Made by a program: the position numbers and the translations under genes
NCBI GenBank assembly: GCA_964396185.1
Contig: CAYNEI010000009.1
Coordinates: 3,057-67,056, forward strand
Source of the DNA: an uncultured Thermoplasmatales archaeon
GTDB taxonomy: Archaea; Thermoplasmatota; SW-10-69-26
Reading direction: 5' to 3'
Length of the DNA: 64,000 bases
Shown: positions 46,354 to 55,292 of the stretch, piece by piece
How the letters are laid out: each line of letters begins with the position of its first letter
How positions within the stretch are numbered: position 1 is the first letter of the stretch
The notes under the pieces: generated by a model
What the model saw: only the letters and a program-made list of their open reading frames with translations
Databases searched by the model: none
Told to the model about the DNA's origin: nothing

Positions 46354-47403
46354 TCAAAGCGTGACCTCGAGGACCTGGTGGGCGACACCCTCGACCAACA
46401 CCTGGCCCGGTCCGCCAGCCAGCGCTCTGTACGTCCAGGTCCCCACGGGCTCGTCCACGTGCAGCGGTTGCAGCGAGCCGGTCTGGCCGGGAAGCACGGT
46501 GAGTTGGTGCTCGGTGCCTGAGGGCTCGGTCACGAGCAGATCGTAGGCCCCTGGCGGGGTCATGCCCCCGGGCTGCTCGATCGGAGCGACGAGCAAGGCC
46601 CCCGTCACCTTCTCGTAGCCGTCTGGGATCTCGAAGGTGCCCTCCGGGCCGCCGGGCTGGAGCTCGCAACCTTGGACACCGGCTGGACCGAGCTGGCCGT
46701 GGCACAGGAGCAGATCCTGCTCGTACGGGACCTCGACCGGGCCTTCGTACCCGAAGCCATGGTCGACGAGCTCCAGGCTGTAGCTGGCGTCAGGATCCGG
46801 CTGGAAGGAGACGATGTTGCCGACCTCAGCGTCGTAGGCGAGCGTACCCACGATGTCGCCGGTGTCGCTGGGCCGGGTGAGCGAGATCTCGGCGACGGTG
46901 TCCGTGGTGCCCTCGACCTCGAGGGTCATGGGCGCACTCCCCCAGTACGTACCCTCCCATGACTTACCCTCTTCGAGCGGGAAGTCCAGGAGCTGGAAGG
47001 GCTCGTCGTGGGCATCGTAGACCAGATCCTCTCGTGCGACCTTGCCGATGCCGGGCGCGTGGAAGATGACGCCGTGGACGTCCTCTTGGCCCGCTGGGAT
47101 CCCCACGAGGTAGTGGTCGTCGGTGTCGCCAGCGACCACGAGGGTGAACGTGCCCTCGGAGGCATACTCCGTGGCCTGCATCTCGTAGGTCCACCACTCA
47201 CCCAGGGCCCAAGCCGGTGTCTCGGCCAAGCTCGTGTTCTCCCGGGCAAGGGGCAGATCGCTCTGAGACCCGAGGCGGGTGCCTTCGGGGCTGGGCCCCT
47301 CGTCTGCGTCATCCCGGATGGCGGGGTCTTCGTCGCTGGTGCCCAGACAGCCTGCGGTCAACATGCAGGCAGCCAGCAGCAGCCCAGTGGCCCTCCCAAG
47401 CAT
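46354..47403 (-). CDS. lipoprotein, function unknown
   Basis: MLGRATGLLLAACMLTAGC lipobox, 349 aa, acidic. Confidence 0.65.
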   Translation of the reverse strand: MLGRATGLLLAACMLTAGCLGTSDEDPAIRDDADEGPSPEGTRLGSQSDLPLARENTSLAETPAWALGEWWTYEMQATEYASEGTFTLVVAGDTDDHYLVGIPAGQEDVHGVIFHAPGIGKVAREDLVYDAHDEPFQLLDFPLEEGKSWEGTYWGSAPMTLEVEGTTDTVAEISLTRPSDTGDIVGTLAYDAEVGNIVSFQPDPDASYSLELVDHGFGYEGPVEVPYEQDLLLCHGQLGPAGVQGCELQPGGPEGTFEIPDGYEKVTGALLVAPIEQPGGMTPPGAYDLLVTEPSGTEHQLTVLPGQTGSLQPLHVDEPVGTWTYRALAGGPGQVLVEGVAHQVLEVTL

Positions 47404-47456
47404 GTTCCCAGCAAGCTCGCGGGAGCCAAAAGGTTGTGCCCTGTGAACGTGCTTAG

Positions 47457-48260
47457 GTGGCCGTGGAGCTCCTGGTGGGCACGTGCGGTTGGTCGTACAA
47501 CGATTGGCTGGGCCCCTTCTACCCGAAGGGCACGCCGGCCGGGGAGATGCTGAAGCGCTACGCCGAGGTCTTCGACACCGTCGAGGTCAACAGCACCTTC
47601 TACGCCGTGCCCCCACGCCAGCGAGTCGCCGCGTGGGCGGGGAGCGTGCCTGACGGCTTCACCTTCAGCGTGAAAGCCCCGCAAGGGCTGACCCACGAGG
47701 CCCGGCTGACGCTCTCAGCCGGCCGCGAGGTCCTGGATGCCTTCCTGGCCGCCATCGAGCCCCTTGGTGACAAGCTGGGCTGCGTGCTCCTCCAGCTCCC
47801 GCCAGGCTTAGACCGCGCCGAAGGCCTGGACAGGCTCGACCGGTTGCTCTCCGAGGAGCCATTCTGGACCCAGGTGGCCGTGGAAGCCCGCCACCCGTCC
47901 TGGGACCATGCCGAGGTCCTCGAGACCCTGCGCGCTCACCAAGCCGGCTGGGTGTGGAGCGAGAACATGCATTGGACGAGCCAACCCGAGCTCACCGCGG
48001 GCCACGCTTACCTGCGCTTGATCGGGGATCGGGAGCTGGAAACATTCGATCGGCTCCAGCGGGACCCCGCGCCAGCGGCTGGGGCGTGGTGGGAGCGCTT
48101 GCACGCCCGGGAGGGTGAGCTGGAGACGGCCCGGGTCTACGCGAACAACCACTTCGCCGGCTTCGGGCCTGGCACGGCTAACGCGTTCCTGGAGGCTGCC
48201 GGCCAGTCTCCGCGCGCGTGGCGCGGCGGCACGCAGGCCCGCCTGGGCGAGTTCGAGTAG
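47457..48260 (+). CDS. DUF72 (UPF0759) family protein
   Basis: VGTCGWSYNDWLGPFYP, FDTVEVNSTFYA, FSVKAPQGLTH, LLQLPP, VYANNHFAG. Confidence 0.85.
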   Translation: MAVELLVGTCGWSYNDWLGPFYPKGTPAGEMLKRYAEVFDTVEVNSTFYAVPPRQRVAAWAGSVPDGFTFSVKAPQGLTHEARLTLSAGREVLDAFLAAIEPLGDKLGCVLLQLPPGLDRAEGLDRLDRLLSEEPFWTQVAVEARHPSWDHAEVLETLRAHQAGWVWSENMHWTSQPELTAGHAYLRLIGDRELETFDRLQRDPAPAAGAWWERLHAREGELETARVYANNHFAGFGPGTANAFLEAAGQSPRAWRGGTQARLGEFE

Positions 48261-48290
48261 ATCGCAGGCGCCAGGGTTCGAAGAGCCGGC

Positions 48291-48809
48291 TCACGACATC
48301 GTGCAGACCTGGGGAGAGGTGGCCGTGATCGTGGCGTTGTACGCGATCGGGCCGCCGAGCAGGTGGATGACGTGAAGCTCGAAAGCTCCCGGCCCCAGCT
48401 CGCCCGAGACGTAGGTGCCTGTGCCGTTCGTGGCCAGCCAGGGCCCGGCCACGGTGTGGCCATCAGGAGTCCGGATCTCCAGGCGCATGCTGGCCTCCTC
48501 GCCCAGCACGGGCGCGGGCCCGGCCGCCCGCGTGATGGACGCGTAGTTGAACTCGACGGTGAGCCAGGCGGGGCAGTGGTCGATGTGGAAGCCATGGCTC
48601 GCATGGCTCACAGGAGCAAGGCCCGCCTCGGGCACGGGGTCCCCGTCGTCGATGTCCCCGACGGCGACCACGAGCGTGCCGGCGAGCAGCTCGCCCTCGG
48701 CCTCGAGGACCTCGCGCTCCTCGTCGATCGAGGCGTGGACCACCGGCGTGAGGACCAGCAGAGCCACGAGCCCGATCCCTGGCCGCGTCACCTGTGCCGC
48801 CTCCGCCAT
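48291..48809 (-). CDS. secreted hypothetical protein
   Basis: Signal/anchor GIGLVALLVLTPVVHA, 172 aa. The start overlaps the end of the upstream gene by 22 nt. Confidence 0.55.
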   Translation of the reverse strand: MAEAAQVTRPGIGLVALLVLTPVVHASIDEEREVLEAEGELLAGTLVVAVGDIDDGDPVPEAGLAPVSHASHGFHIDHCPAWLTVEFNYASITRAAGPAPVLGEEASMRLEIRTPDGHTVAGPWLATNGTGTYVSGELGPGAFELHVIHLLGGPIAYNATITATSPQVCTMS

Positions 48810-50494
48810 GCCGTGGCCAGGCTCGCGGTGACCAGCGCGGCAGCCAGGCCAGGTGCCGGGATCGACCGATCCTCGCCGGACGATGGGTCGCCAAGCTCAC
48901 CGTCGGTGCCGTTGGGTCCTTCCCCGCGGTGGATCTCGGCCACGGTGGCCGAGCCGTGGCGGAGCCTGTAGAGCTCGAGGATGTCCTCATCGGGCTCCTG
49001 GACCTCGACGTCGGTGAGCGTGAGCTCGGTCTGGCTCCCAGGCTCCCCGGTGGCCACGATGGTCACGAGCGCGATCCTGGCAGAGCGGACCAGGGGCTCC
49101 TCGAAGGTGGCAGCCAGGGAAAGCCGCCCGGTCTCGCTGGCCGCCTCGACGGTCCCGTTCAGCCGGGGAGCGAGCTCGACGTCGGTGAGCCGGACCACGC
49201 CTGGGTCGTAGCGGACCGTGAGCCGGACGCGTTCCACCCCCTCCAGGCTCGGGCGGACCAGGGTCAACCGGTAGGTGTGCTCCCGGTCGGGCTGGACGGC
49301 CCCGGTCTCGAGCTTGAGCACCACGCCGTACCCGAGAAGGGCCACCTCGGCTAGCCCGTCGCGGATCGTGCCTGCCGCGTCGTCGGCGCGCTCGCTCTGG
49401 CTGGCCTGGACGGCCTCGACGAGATCACCGTAGGCCTCGGTGACGTTGTCCAGGCTCCCCTCGCCCTGGAGCTGGATCCCAGGTCGGTCGGCAGCGTAGA
49501 GGCTCAGGGTGCCGTTGACCAGGGCCGAGGCCCGGCCCGGATCCTCGCGCAGCGCACGGGCGCTGATCAGCGCGGCGTCCACGTTGCGGCTGGCCTGGAC
49601 CTCCAAGGGCTCCACGTCGTGCTGGTACTCCAGCGCCGTAAGCGGTGCGAGCAGGCCAGCCAGGGCGTGGGTGCCGGGGGCTTGGCGTTCCACGTTCCGG
49701 ATCGCCTTGTGGACCGTGGAGAGGTTGGTTTTGAACGCCTCGGCCATCCCCGTGGGTAGCGAGCGCTCGACGGTGGGTGCCAAGGTCTGGAGCCACGGGC
49801 GCGCGGCGTCCGCGCTCGTGCGCGCCGCCCCGTCGGCGCCCTCCAGGTGGAAGGCCAGACCCTGGACCACCAGCTCGCGGGCCCGGATGGCCACCAGGGC
49901 GGTCTTGTGCTCCTCGGCGGGCTCCACCGGGGCTCGGCCTTCGCTTGGTTCGAGGGTGGGCGTAGCTCGCGCCTCGCCGCTGATGCGCGACCACGGGAGC
50001 TCGAGCCAGGCTGCTGCCAGGGCCGTGTCGCCTGCCGTGGCCGCACGCGAGGAGGCATCGAAGGTGAAGAGGGTGAGGGCCAGCTCTGCGCGGGAGAGCC
50101 GCTCGTCCAGGCTCGTGTGCTCCCGCTCCGAGACCGCCCGCCAGGCATCCTCGAGGCCTCCCTGGTGGGCCTCGGTGGTGGGGAAGACCTCCTGTTGCAT
50201 GCGCTCGAGGGGGGCCTGGTCGGGCTCGATGCCCTGGCGGGCCTGGGCGACGAGGTCCTGGAAAGCCTCCACCGCGGTGGCTGGAGCCTCCATGGGGTCC
50301 GGATCTCCCTGGGCGATGGTCCCTGGCGCCCCGAGGATCAACAACCCTGCGAGCAGGGGCACGCAGGCACGCTGGATCAGATCCACGTCGGCCACAAGGG
50401 GTCCAGGCTCATGAAGGTCTCGTGCGTCACGGAAGAGAAGAAGAGAGGACGGGGGGCCCGCGGGCCCCCCGGAAGCTTCGGGGTCCACCCGCAT
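48788..50494 (-). CDS. secreted protein with cohesin-like domain and PG-type C-terminal anchor
   Basis: RVRLTVRYDPGVVRLTDVE...GRLSLAATFEEPL...ALVTIVATGEPGSQTELTL resembles cohesin modules. The tail is PAPGLAAALVTASLATAWRRRHR. ATG at 50494 overlaps the subtilase stop. GTG at 50395 gives a better signal peptide. Confidence 0.6.
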   Translation of the reverse strand: MRVDPEASGGPAGPPSSLLLFRDARDLHEPGPLVADVDLIQRACVPLLAGLLILGAPGTIAQGDPDPMEAPATAVEAFQDLVAQARQGIEPDQAPLERMQQEVFPTTEAHQGGLEDAWRAVSEREHTSLDERLSRAELALTLFTFDASSRAATAGDTALAAAWLELPWSRISGEARATPTLEPSEGRAPVEPAEEHKTALVAIRARELVVQGLAFHLEGADGAARTSADAARPWLQTLAPTVERSLPTGMAEAFKTNLSTVHKAIRNVERQAPGTHALAGLLAPLTALEYQHDVEPLEVQASRNVDAALISARALREDPGRASALVNGTLSLYAADRPGIQLQGEGSLDNVTEAYGDLVEAVQASQSERADDAAGTIRDGLAEVALLGYGVVLKLETGAVQPDREHTYRLTLVRPSLEGVERVRLTVRYDPGVVRLTDVELAPRLNGTVEAASETGRLSLAATFEEPLVRSARIALVTIVATGEPGSQTELTLTDVEVQEPDEDILELYRLRHGSATVAEIHRGEGPNGTDGELGDPSSGEDRSIPAPGLAAALVTASLATAWRRRHR

Positions 50495-51723
50495 CAGCCG
50501 ACGTGGGGCAGCCCGAGCCCGCTGGCCGGATCGCAGCCAGTGGTGGCATCCTGGCCCTTGGTGATGTCCTCGACCAGGGACTTGATGTTGGACTCCGTGG
50601 TGGCACCGTCGCCGCCCCACTCCTTGAGGGCCAGACCAGCCACGTGCGGGGTGGCCATGCTGGTACCGCTCTTCGTGCCGTAGCTGTCACCCGGCTCGGT
50701 GGACATGACGCTCACACCGGCAGCGGCTAGATCGACGTCGTGCCGTGTGGTGCCACAGTTGCCGTCGTCGTCGCCGCGGCTGGAGAAGTCAGCCACGGTC
50801 TTGGTGTCGTCGATGGCGGCCACGGCGATCGTGGTCTCCAGCGCGGCGGGGAAGTCGATGCTGCCGATGGAGGGCCCGTCGTTCCCGGCGGCGGCCACGA
50901 AGATGCCGCCTGCGTCGACGAAGGCCTGGATCGCGCTCGAGGTGGATGTGCTCTCGCTGTCGCCACCGATGCTGAACGTGATGACATCGCACTTCCGGTT
51001 GCCGTTGTTCGTGCAGTCCTGGATGGCGGCGTTGATGTCCGTGGTGCTGCAGAACATGTTGCAGACCTTGTAGGATCGGATGCTGGCCTCGGAGGCCACG
51101 CCGTAGATGCCCAGATCGTCGCTGCCGGCATCGGCTGCCGCAGTACCCGCGGTGTGGGTGCCGTGGCCGTTCTTGTCGTCCGCGTCGGCGAACACGACGC
51201 GGTTCTGGAGGTCCAGGTGGTCGGCGTCGATGCCGGTGTCGATGTGGCCCAGGACCACGCCTGCGCCGCCGCTGGTGGCGGTGATCGTCGAGTCGTCGTA
51301 GATCTGCTCGATACCGTACGGGGTCTGGTCGGCCACGCGGGGGTCGCTGCTGCCGCCGTCATCGCCACCATCGTCGCCGCCATCACAGCCCTTGTTGTCG
51401 TTCCCGTTCGCGTGGCACAGGATCTTCCACTGGGCGGCGTCCTCCACGGTCACGTCGGGTCGCACTTTGAGCTCGTGGTACTTGACCAAATCCAGCTCGC
51501 CGCCGATCCAGCCGATCTCGTACCAGAGGTAGGTGGCCTCGAAGCCGGGGTGTTCGCTGATCTCTTCCAGGATGTCCTGGCTTGCTTGGATGTTGACCTC
51601 CTTGGTCGCCTCCTCCTCGAGGAGCTCGACGCCGGGCGACCCGGCCACAGCCGGCAGGGTCATCCCGATGGTCAACAGAGCTGTCGCTATGACGATAGGT
51701 TTCGAATCGATCATCTCGTTCAA
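50494..51723 (-). CDS. subtilisin-like serine protease (S8)
   Basis: Catalytic triad contexts HIDTGID, HGTHTAGT, GTSMATPHVAG. Signal peptide. TTG at 51723 or ATG at 51714. Confidence 0.9.
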   Translation of the reverse strand: MNEMIDSKPIVIATALLTIGMTLPAVAGSPGVELLEEEATKEVNIQASQDILEEISEHPGFEATYLWYEIGWIGGELDLVKYHELKVRPDVTVEDAAQWKILCHANGNDNKGCDGGDDGGDDGGSSDPRVADQTPYGIEQIYDDSTITATSGGAGVVLGHIDTGIDADHLDLQNRVVFADADDKNGHGTHTAGTAAADAGSDDLGIYGVASEASIRSYKVCNMFCSTTDINAAIQDCTNNGNRKCDVITFSIGGDSESTSTSSAIQAFVDAGGIFVAAAGNDGPSIGSIDFPAALETTIAVAAIDDTKTVADFSSRGDDDGNCGTTRHDVDLAAAGVSVMSTEPGDSYGTKSGTSMATPHVAGLALKEWGGDGATTESNIKSLVEDITKGQDATTGCDPASGLGLPHVG

Positions 51724-51911
51724 CCTCGTGTGGAAGCCGCCTCGTCCCAGGCGTCTTCCCTCAGCCCCCAGCGCAACGCTGGGTGGTGCCGGGGAACGAA
51801 GCTACCGCTCAAGAACCTTGTTGACCGGATGAATCCATCAACACCCATAGACCGTGTACCGAGAACGCCACAGACACCCATTTGTACTGCGACTCCTTTC
51901 CGTAGTAGACG

Positions 51912-53033
51912 ATGCCCTTCCACTTGACCGACGAGCAGGAGATGATCCGCCGGGTCGTCTCCGAGTTCGCTCAGAAGACCGTCGAGCCCGCCGCGAGAGC
52001 CGTGGATCGCGAGCGGCGCGCCCCCACCGAGGCGCTGGAAGGCATGCGTGGGCTGGGCTTGATGGGCATGATGGCGCCCCCCGAGCACGGCGGCTCCGGG
52101 GCCGATGCGGTGACGTACTGCATCGCCGTGGAAGAGCTCGCCAAAGCGTGCGCGTCTACGGCAGCGCTCATGGGCGTGACCAACGCGCTGGCCGTGCTCC
52201 CTCTCTCGCTGCTCGGCACCGACGAGCAGAAAGAGGCGTGGCTGGAGCCCTTGGCCACGGGCGCCAAGCTTGGATCCTTCGCTCTCACCGAACCCAACGC
52301 CGGCGCGGACGTCTCGCACCTGGACACCAAACTGACCCCCGAGGGCGACGGTTGGGTCTTGAACGGCCAGAAGAGTTGGATACTAGCCGCTCCCCTGGCC
52401 GACGTCCTCTTCGTCGTCGCGCGCTCCCCCGATGGACCCGCCATCGCCGTGGTCCCAACCGATGCCGACGGCGTGGAAGCGGGCCCACCCGAGCGCATGC
52501 TCGGGTTGCACGGGACCCAGACCGGGCCGCTCTACTTCGAGGACGTCGAGATCGACCCCAGCGATGTGCTCGGCGAGGTGGGCACGGGCCTGGACCAGAT
52601 GGCCGAACCCCTGCGTGTCTCGCGGTTGGCCATCGCCGCGTGTGCCACGGGCTTGATCGAGGCCGCCCTGGAGGCCTCAACGGAATTCGCCGACCAGCGT
52701 GAGCAGTTCAACCAACCGATCCGCGGCTTCCAAGCGATCCAGAATCGGCTGGCCAGCATGCAGGTCGCTGCGACCACCTCGCGCCAGACGACGCTGGCGG
52801 CCGCTGACATCCGAGACCGAGGCGAGCCGTTCAGCGTGCAGGCCAGCGAGGCGAAGTGGTACGCCACCGAGGCGGCCAAGACGGAGACGCGCTCGGCGAT
52901 CCGGCTCCACGGTGGCACGGGCTTCATGCGGGATGCGCCGGTGGAGCGCTACTACCGGGACGCGCGCAGCCTGGTGGTGATGGGTGGCCCGAACCAGCTC
53001 CACAGGCAACGCATCGTGGAAGCTCGCTACTGA
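51912..53033 (+). CDS. acyl-CoA dehydrogenase
   Basis: FALTEPNAGADVS, GQKSWI, RQTTLAAA, YATEAAKTETRSAIRLHGGTGF, YRDAR. Confidence 0.88.
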   Translation: MPFHLTDEQEMIRRVVSEFAQKTVEPAARAVDRERRAPTEALEGMRGLGLMGMMAPPEHGGSGADAVTYCIAVEELAKACASTAALMGVTNALAVLPLSLLGTDEQKEAWLEPLATGAKLGSFALTEPNAGADVSHLDTKLTPEGDGWVLNGQKSWILAAPLADVLFVVARSPDGPAIAVVPTDADGVEAGPPERMLGLHGTQTGPLYFEDVEIDPSDVLGEVGTGLDQMAEPLRVSRLAIAACATGLIEAALEASTEFADQREQFNQPIRGFQAIQNRLASMQVAATTSRQTTLAAADIRDRGEPFSVQASEAKWYATEAAKTETRSAIRLHGGTGFMRDAPVERYYRDARSLVVMGGPNQLHRQRIVEARY

Positions 53034-53956
53034 CGGCTGGCGATCAGCGCGCTCCCGTCCTCGGTCAGGAAGAACCGGCGCAGGGGGCCGACGCGCTCGT
53101 CCCCGATGAGGCCCTTCTCCTCGAGCTGGTCGAGTTGGTACTTCACCGTGGCCTTGGCTGCGCCCAACTGGCGTGCAAGCTCTGAGAGATGGATGCCTGG
53201 TTCGTCGGCCAAGAGCGCCAGGGTGCGGCGTTGGCCCGGTGCCAGGCGCTCCAGCGTGGCCGTGGGTTGGTCGGGTAGGTGCCAGAGCAGCTCGCCCCGG
53301 TTGCCATGGGAGCAGAGCAGATCGAAGCGAGCCAGTTTGTCCAGGTGGTGGCGGGCGGTGCGGTAGCAGACGCCCAGCGCCCGGGCGATGTCGGCTGCGG
53401 ACATCGGGCCCTGGTCGTCGATCAACGAGAGGATCTCGCGCCGGCGAGGATGATCCAGCGCGCGGTCCTTGGTGAGCTTGTGGTAGAGCGCGATGGCCAC
53501 CAGGCCAGCCAGCACGCCTGCAGCTTGCCCGGCTTTCTCGGGCCAGGGGACCTGTTCGCCGTGGACCGAGGCCGAGCTGGAGTGTGCCGCGTGCTCCCAC
53601 CCCGGATCCAAGGGCTCCCTGGCAACGGGTGTGGCGGTGTGGGCTGCATGGTGGCTGGCCAGCTCGGTCGTCGGCGGCCGAGCCCGTTCCCGCTCATCGG
53701 GATCGTCGGCCGGCTGGAGGCCACGAGGGTCAAGCGGTGTCTTGGGACCAGGCAGCTCGGCGGCCAAGAGCACGTGGTGGTCCAGCCCGATGGAGCCCTG
53801 GAGCTCACCGAACAAGGTGGCGATGGCTGGATCCAGAGCGACATCCACCTCGGGCGGAGCGATGGCCAGCTCGGGAGCCTGCGGGCAGTCGATGGTGGGA
53901 CAGCCCAAGCCGAGCACGAGCGCGGCGGCTGCCAACGCGAGGCTGGCCTCCGGCAT
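53027..53956 (-). CDS. membrane-tethered transcriptional regulator: His-rich ectodomain, TM helix, two winged-HTH (ArsR-like) domains
   Basis: N-terminal anchor SLALAAAALVLGLGC, H-rich segment (ASHHAAHTATP...WEHAAHSSSASVHGE), TM helix AAGVLAGLVAIALY, then RRREILSLIDDQGPMSAADIARALGVCYRTARHHLDKL and QRRTLALLADEPGIHLSELARQLGAAKATVKYQLDQLEEKGLI. Confidence 0.65.
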   Translation of the reverse strand: MPEASLALAAAALVLGLGCPTIDCPQAPELAIAPPEVDVALDPAIATLFGELQGSIGLDHHVLLAAELPGPKTPLDPRGLQPADDPDERERARPPTTELASHHAAHTATPVAREPLDPGWEHAAHSSSASVHGEQVPWPEKAGQAAGVLAGLVAIALYHKLTKDRALDHPRRREILSLIDDQGPMSAADIARALGVCYRTARHHLDKLARFDLLCSHGNRGELLWHLPDQPTATLERLAPGQRRTLALLADEPGIHLSELARQLGAAKATVKYQLDQLEEKGLIGDERVGPLRRFFLTEDGSALIASRQ

Positions 53957-54063
53957 GGGTCTCACGGGCTCCAGAGGGGTATTTAACTCTTCGTCAACGA
54001 GGGTTGAACGGCCGTTCGAGCCTCCTGGCCGGAGCTCAAGTGGTCCTGTGGAGCCGCCCCACC

Positions 54064-54621
54064 ATGGGTTCACGATCCACCCCCCGAAACACGGCGCGCG
54101 TGCTCGAGTACCTCTGGGAGCATCCCGGTCGCCGGCCCTCGGATGTGGCCGCCGAGCTGGACATCCACCCATCCACCGCCCAGTACCACCTCCGAAAGCT
54201 CTCACGGGACGGGTCCGTGGCCACCGAGAAGGTGGGCCGCGAGCTGCACCACTACCCAACAGGTGCGGGCTGGTGTCAGGGATCTCGGGCCGTGCACGCT
54301 CGGTTGACCGATGCGACGCGCTCGGCGTTCTGGTTAGCGTTGCGGCAGGGGGCCACTTCCAGGCGCGCCGTCGTCCAGGCTGGCCACACGCGCTCGGCCA
54401 CGCGGTGGGCGATCAGCCAGCTGCTCGACTCTGGGACGGTCGAGCGCATCGGCTGGGGGGTCTACCGGTTACGCGAGAGCCGAGAGGCCTGCGTGCGAGC
54501 CGCCTTGCTGGAGCGGCCGTGTGCTGCGTGCAACGAGGGTTCGCGGGTCGAGGCTCATCGGCGGTACGCGACGAGCAACCCATCCCCGAGGGGAAGGATG
54601 GATGCCTCGAGCTCTGGGTGA
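54064..54621 (+). CDS. winged-HTH (ArsR-like) transcriptional regulator
   Basis: ARVLEYLWEHPGRRPSDVAAELDIHPSTAQYHLRKLSRDGSV. ATG at 54064, in frame inside a longer ORF. Its 3' end overlaps the convergent methyltransferase gene by 67 nt, so the end is uncertain. Confidence 0.5.
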   Translation: MGSRSTPRNTARVLEYLWEHPGRRPSDVAAELDIHPSTAQYHLRKLSRDGSVATEKVGRELHHYPTGAGWCQGSRAVHARLTDATRSAFWLALRQGATSRRAVVQAGHTRSATRWAISQLLDSGTVERIGWGVYRLRESREACVRAALLERPCAACNEGSRVEAHRRYATSNPSPRGRMDASSSG

Positions 54622-55190
54622 TCGATGGCGGCCTGGACGAAAGTCCGGACCTCCTCGGAGCCCTCGATGCTGCCGGTCTCGGAGAAGACCGAGCCGTGCC
54701 AGAAGACGTTGTCGGCCAGGAGCATGCCACCGTGGCGCAGGAGCTTGATGCCGAAGTCGAAGTAAGTGGGCATCTGCTCCTTGTCCGCGTCCACGAACAC
54801 CGCGTCGTAGCGCTTCGTCGGGAGGGTGGGCAGCACGCCCAAAGCCTTGCCCTTGAGCACGTCCACCCGGTCGGCCACGCCAGCCTTCCGGAACCACTCC
54901 TCGGCCTCCGCGGCTCGCTCCTTGTTGAGCTCGATGGTCTCCAGCTTCCCGCCCTCGGCCAGGCCCCTGGCGATCCAGACGCCTGAGTAGCCCAGGCACG
55001 TTCCGATCTCGAGCACGCGCTTGGCTCCGGTGGCGAGCATGAGGACCTGGAGGAAGCGGCCCGCCTCTGGCGTGATGCTGGGGAGATCGCGCTTCCGGCA
55101 CGCGCCCTTGATGGATGCGAGCACACCGTCCTCGGTGGCGGCGGTCCGGCGAATGTAGGCCAGCGCCCGCTCGTTGACGAAGTTCGCCAC
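54555..55190 (-). CDS. class I SAM-dependent O-methyltransferase (family 3, CCoAOMT/YrrM-like)
   Basis: RVLEIGTCLGYSGVWIA, LETIELN, AVFVDADK, LLRHGGMLLADNVFWHG. GTG start. Confidence 0.85.
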   Translation of the reverse strand: MANFVNERALAYIRRTAATEDGVLASIKGACRKRDLPSITPEAGRFLQVLMLATGAKRVLEIGTCLGYSGVWIARGLAEGGKLETIELNKERAAEAEEWFRKAGVADRVDVLKGKALGVLPTLPTKRYDAVFVDADKEQMPTYFDFGIKLLRHGGMLLADNVFWHGSVFSETGSIEGSEEVRTFVQAAIDHPELEASILPLGDGLLVAYRR

Positions 55191-55292
55191 GACCCCGCGA
55201 TAGGGGCCGTGGCGTAAGTAGTTGCGGTCATCGCTTCGGCGCGGAGGACGCGCTCCGACCGCACAGGAACGAGGGCAGAACCCGGGCAGGGC

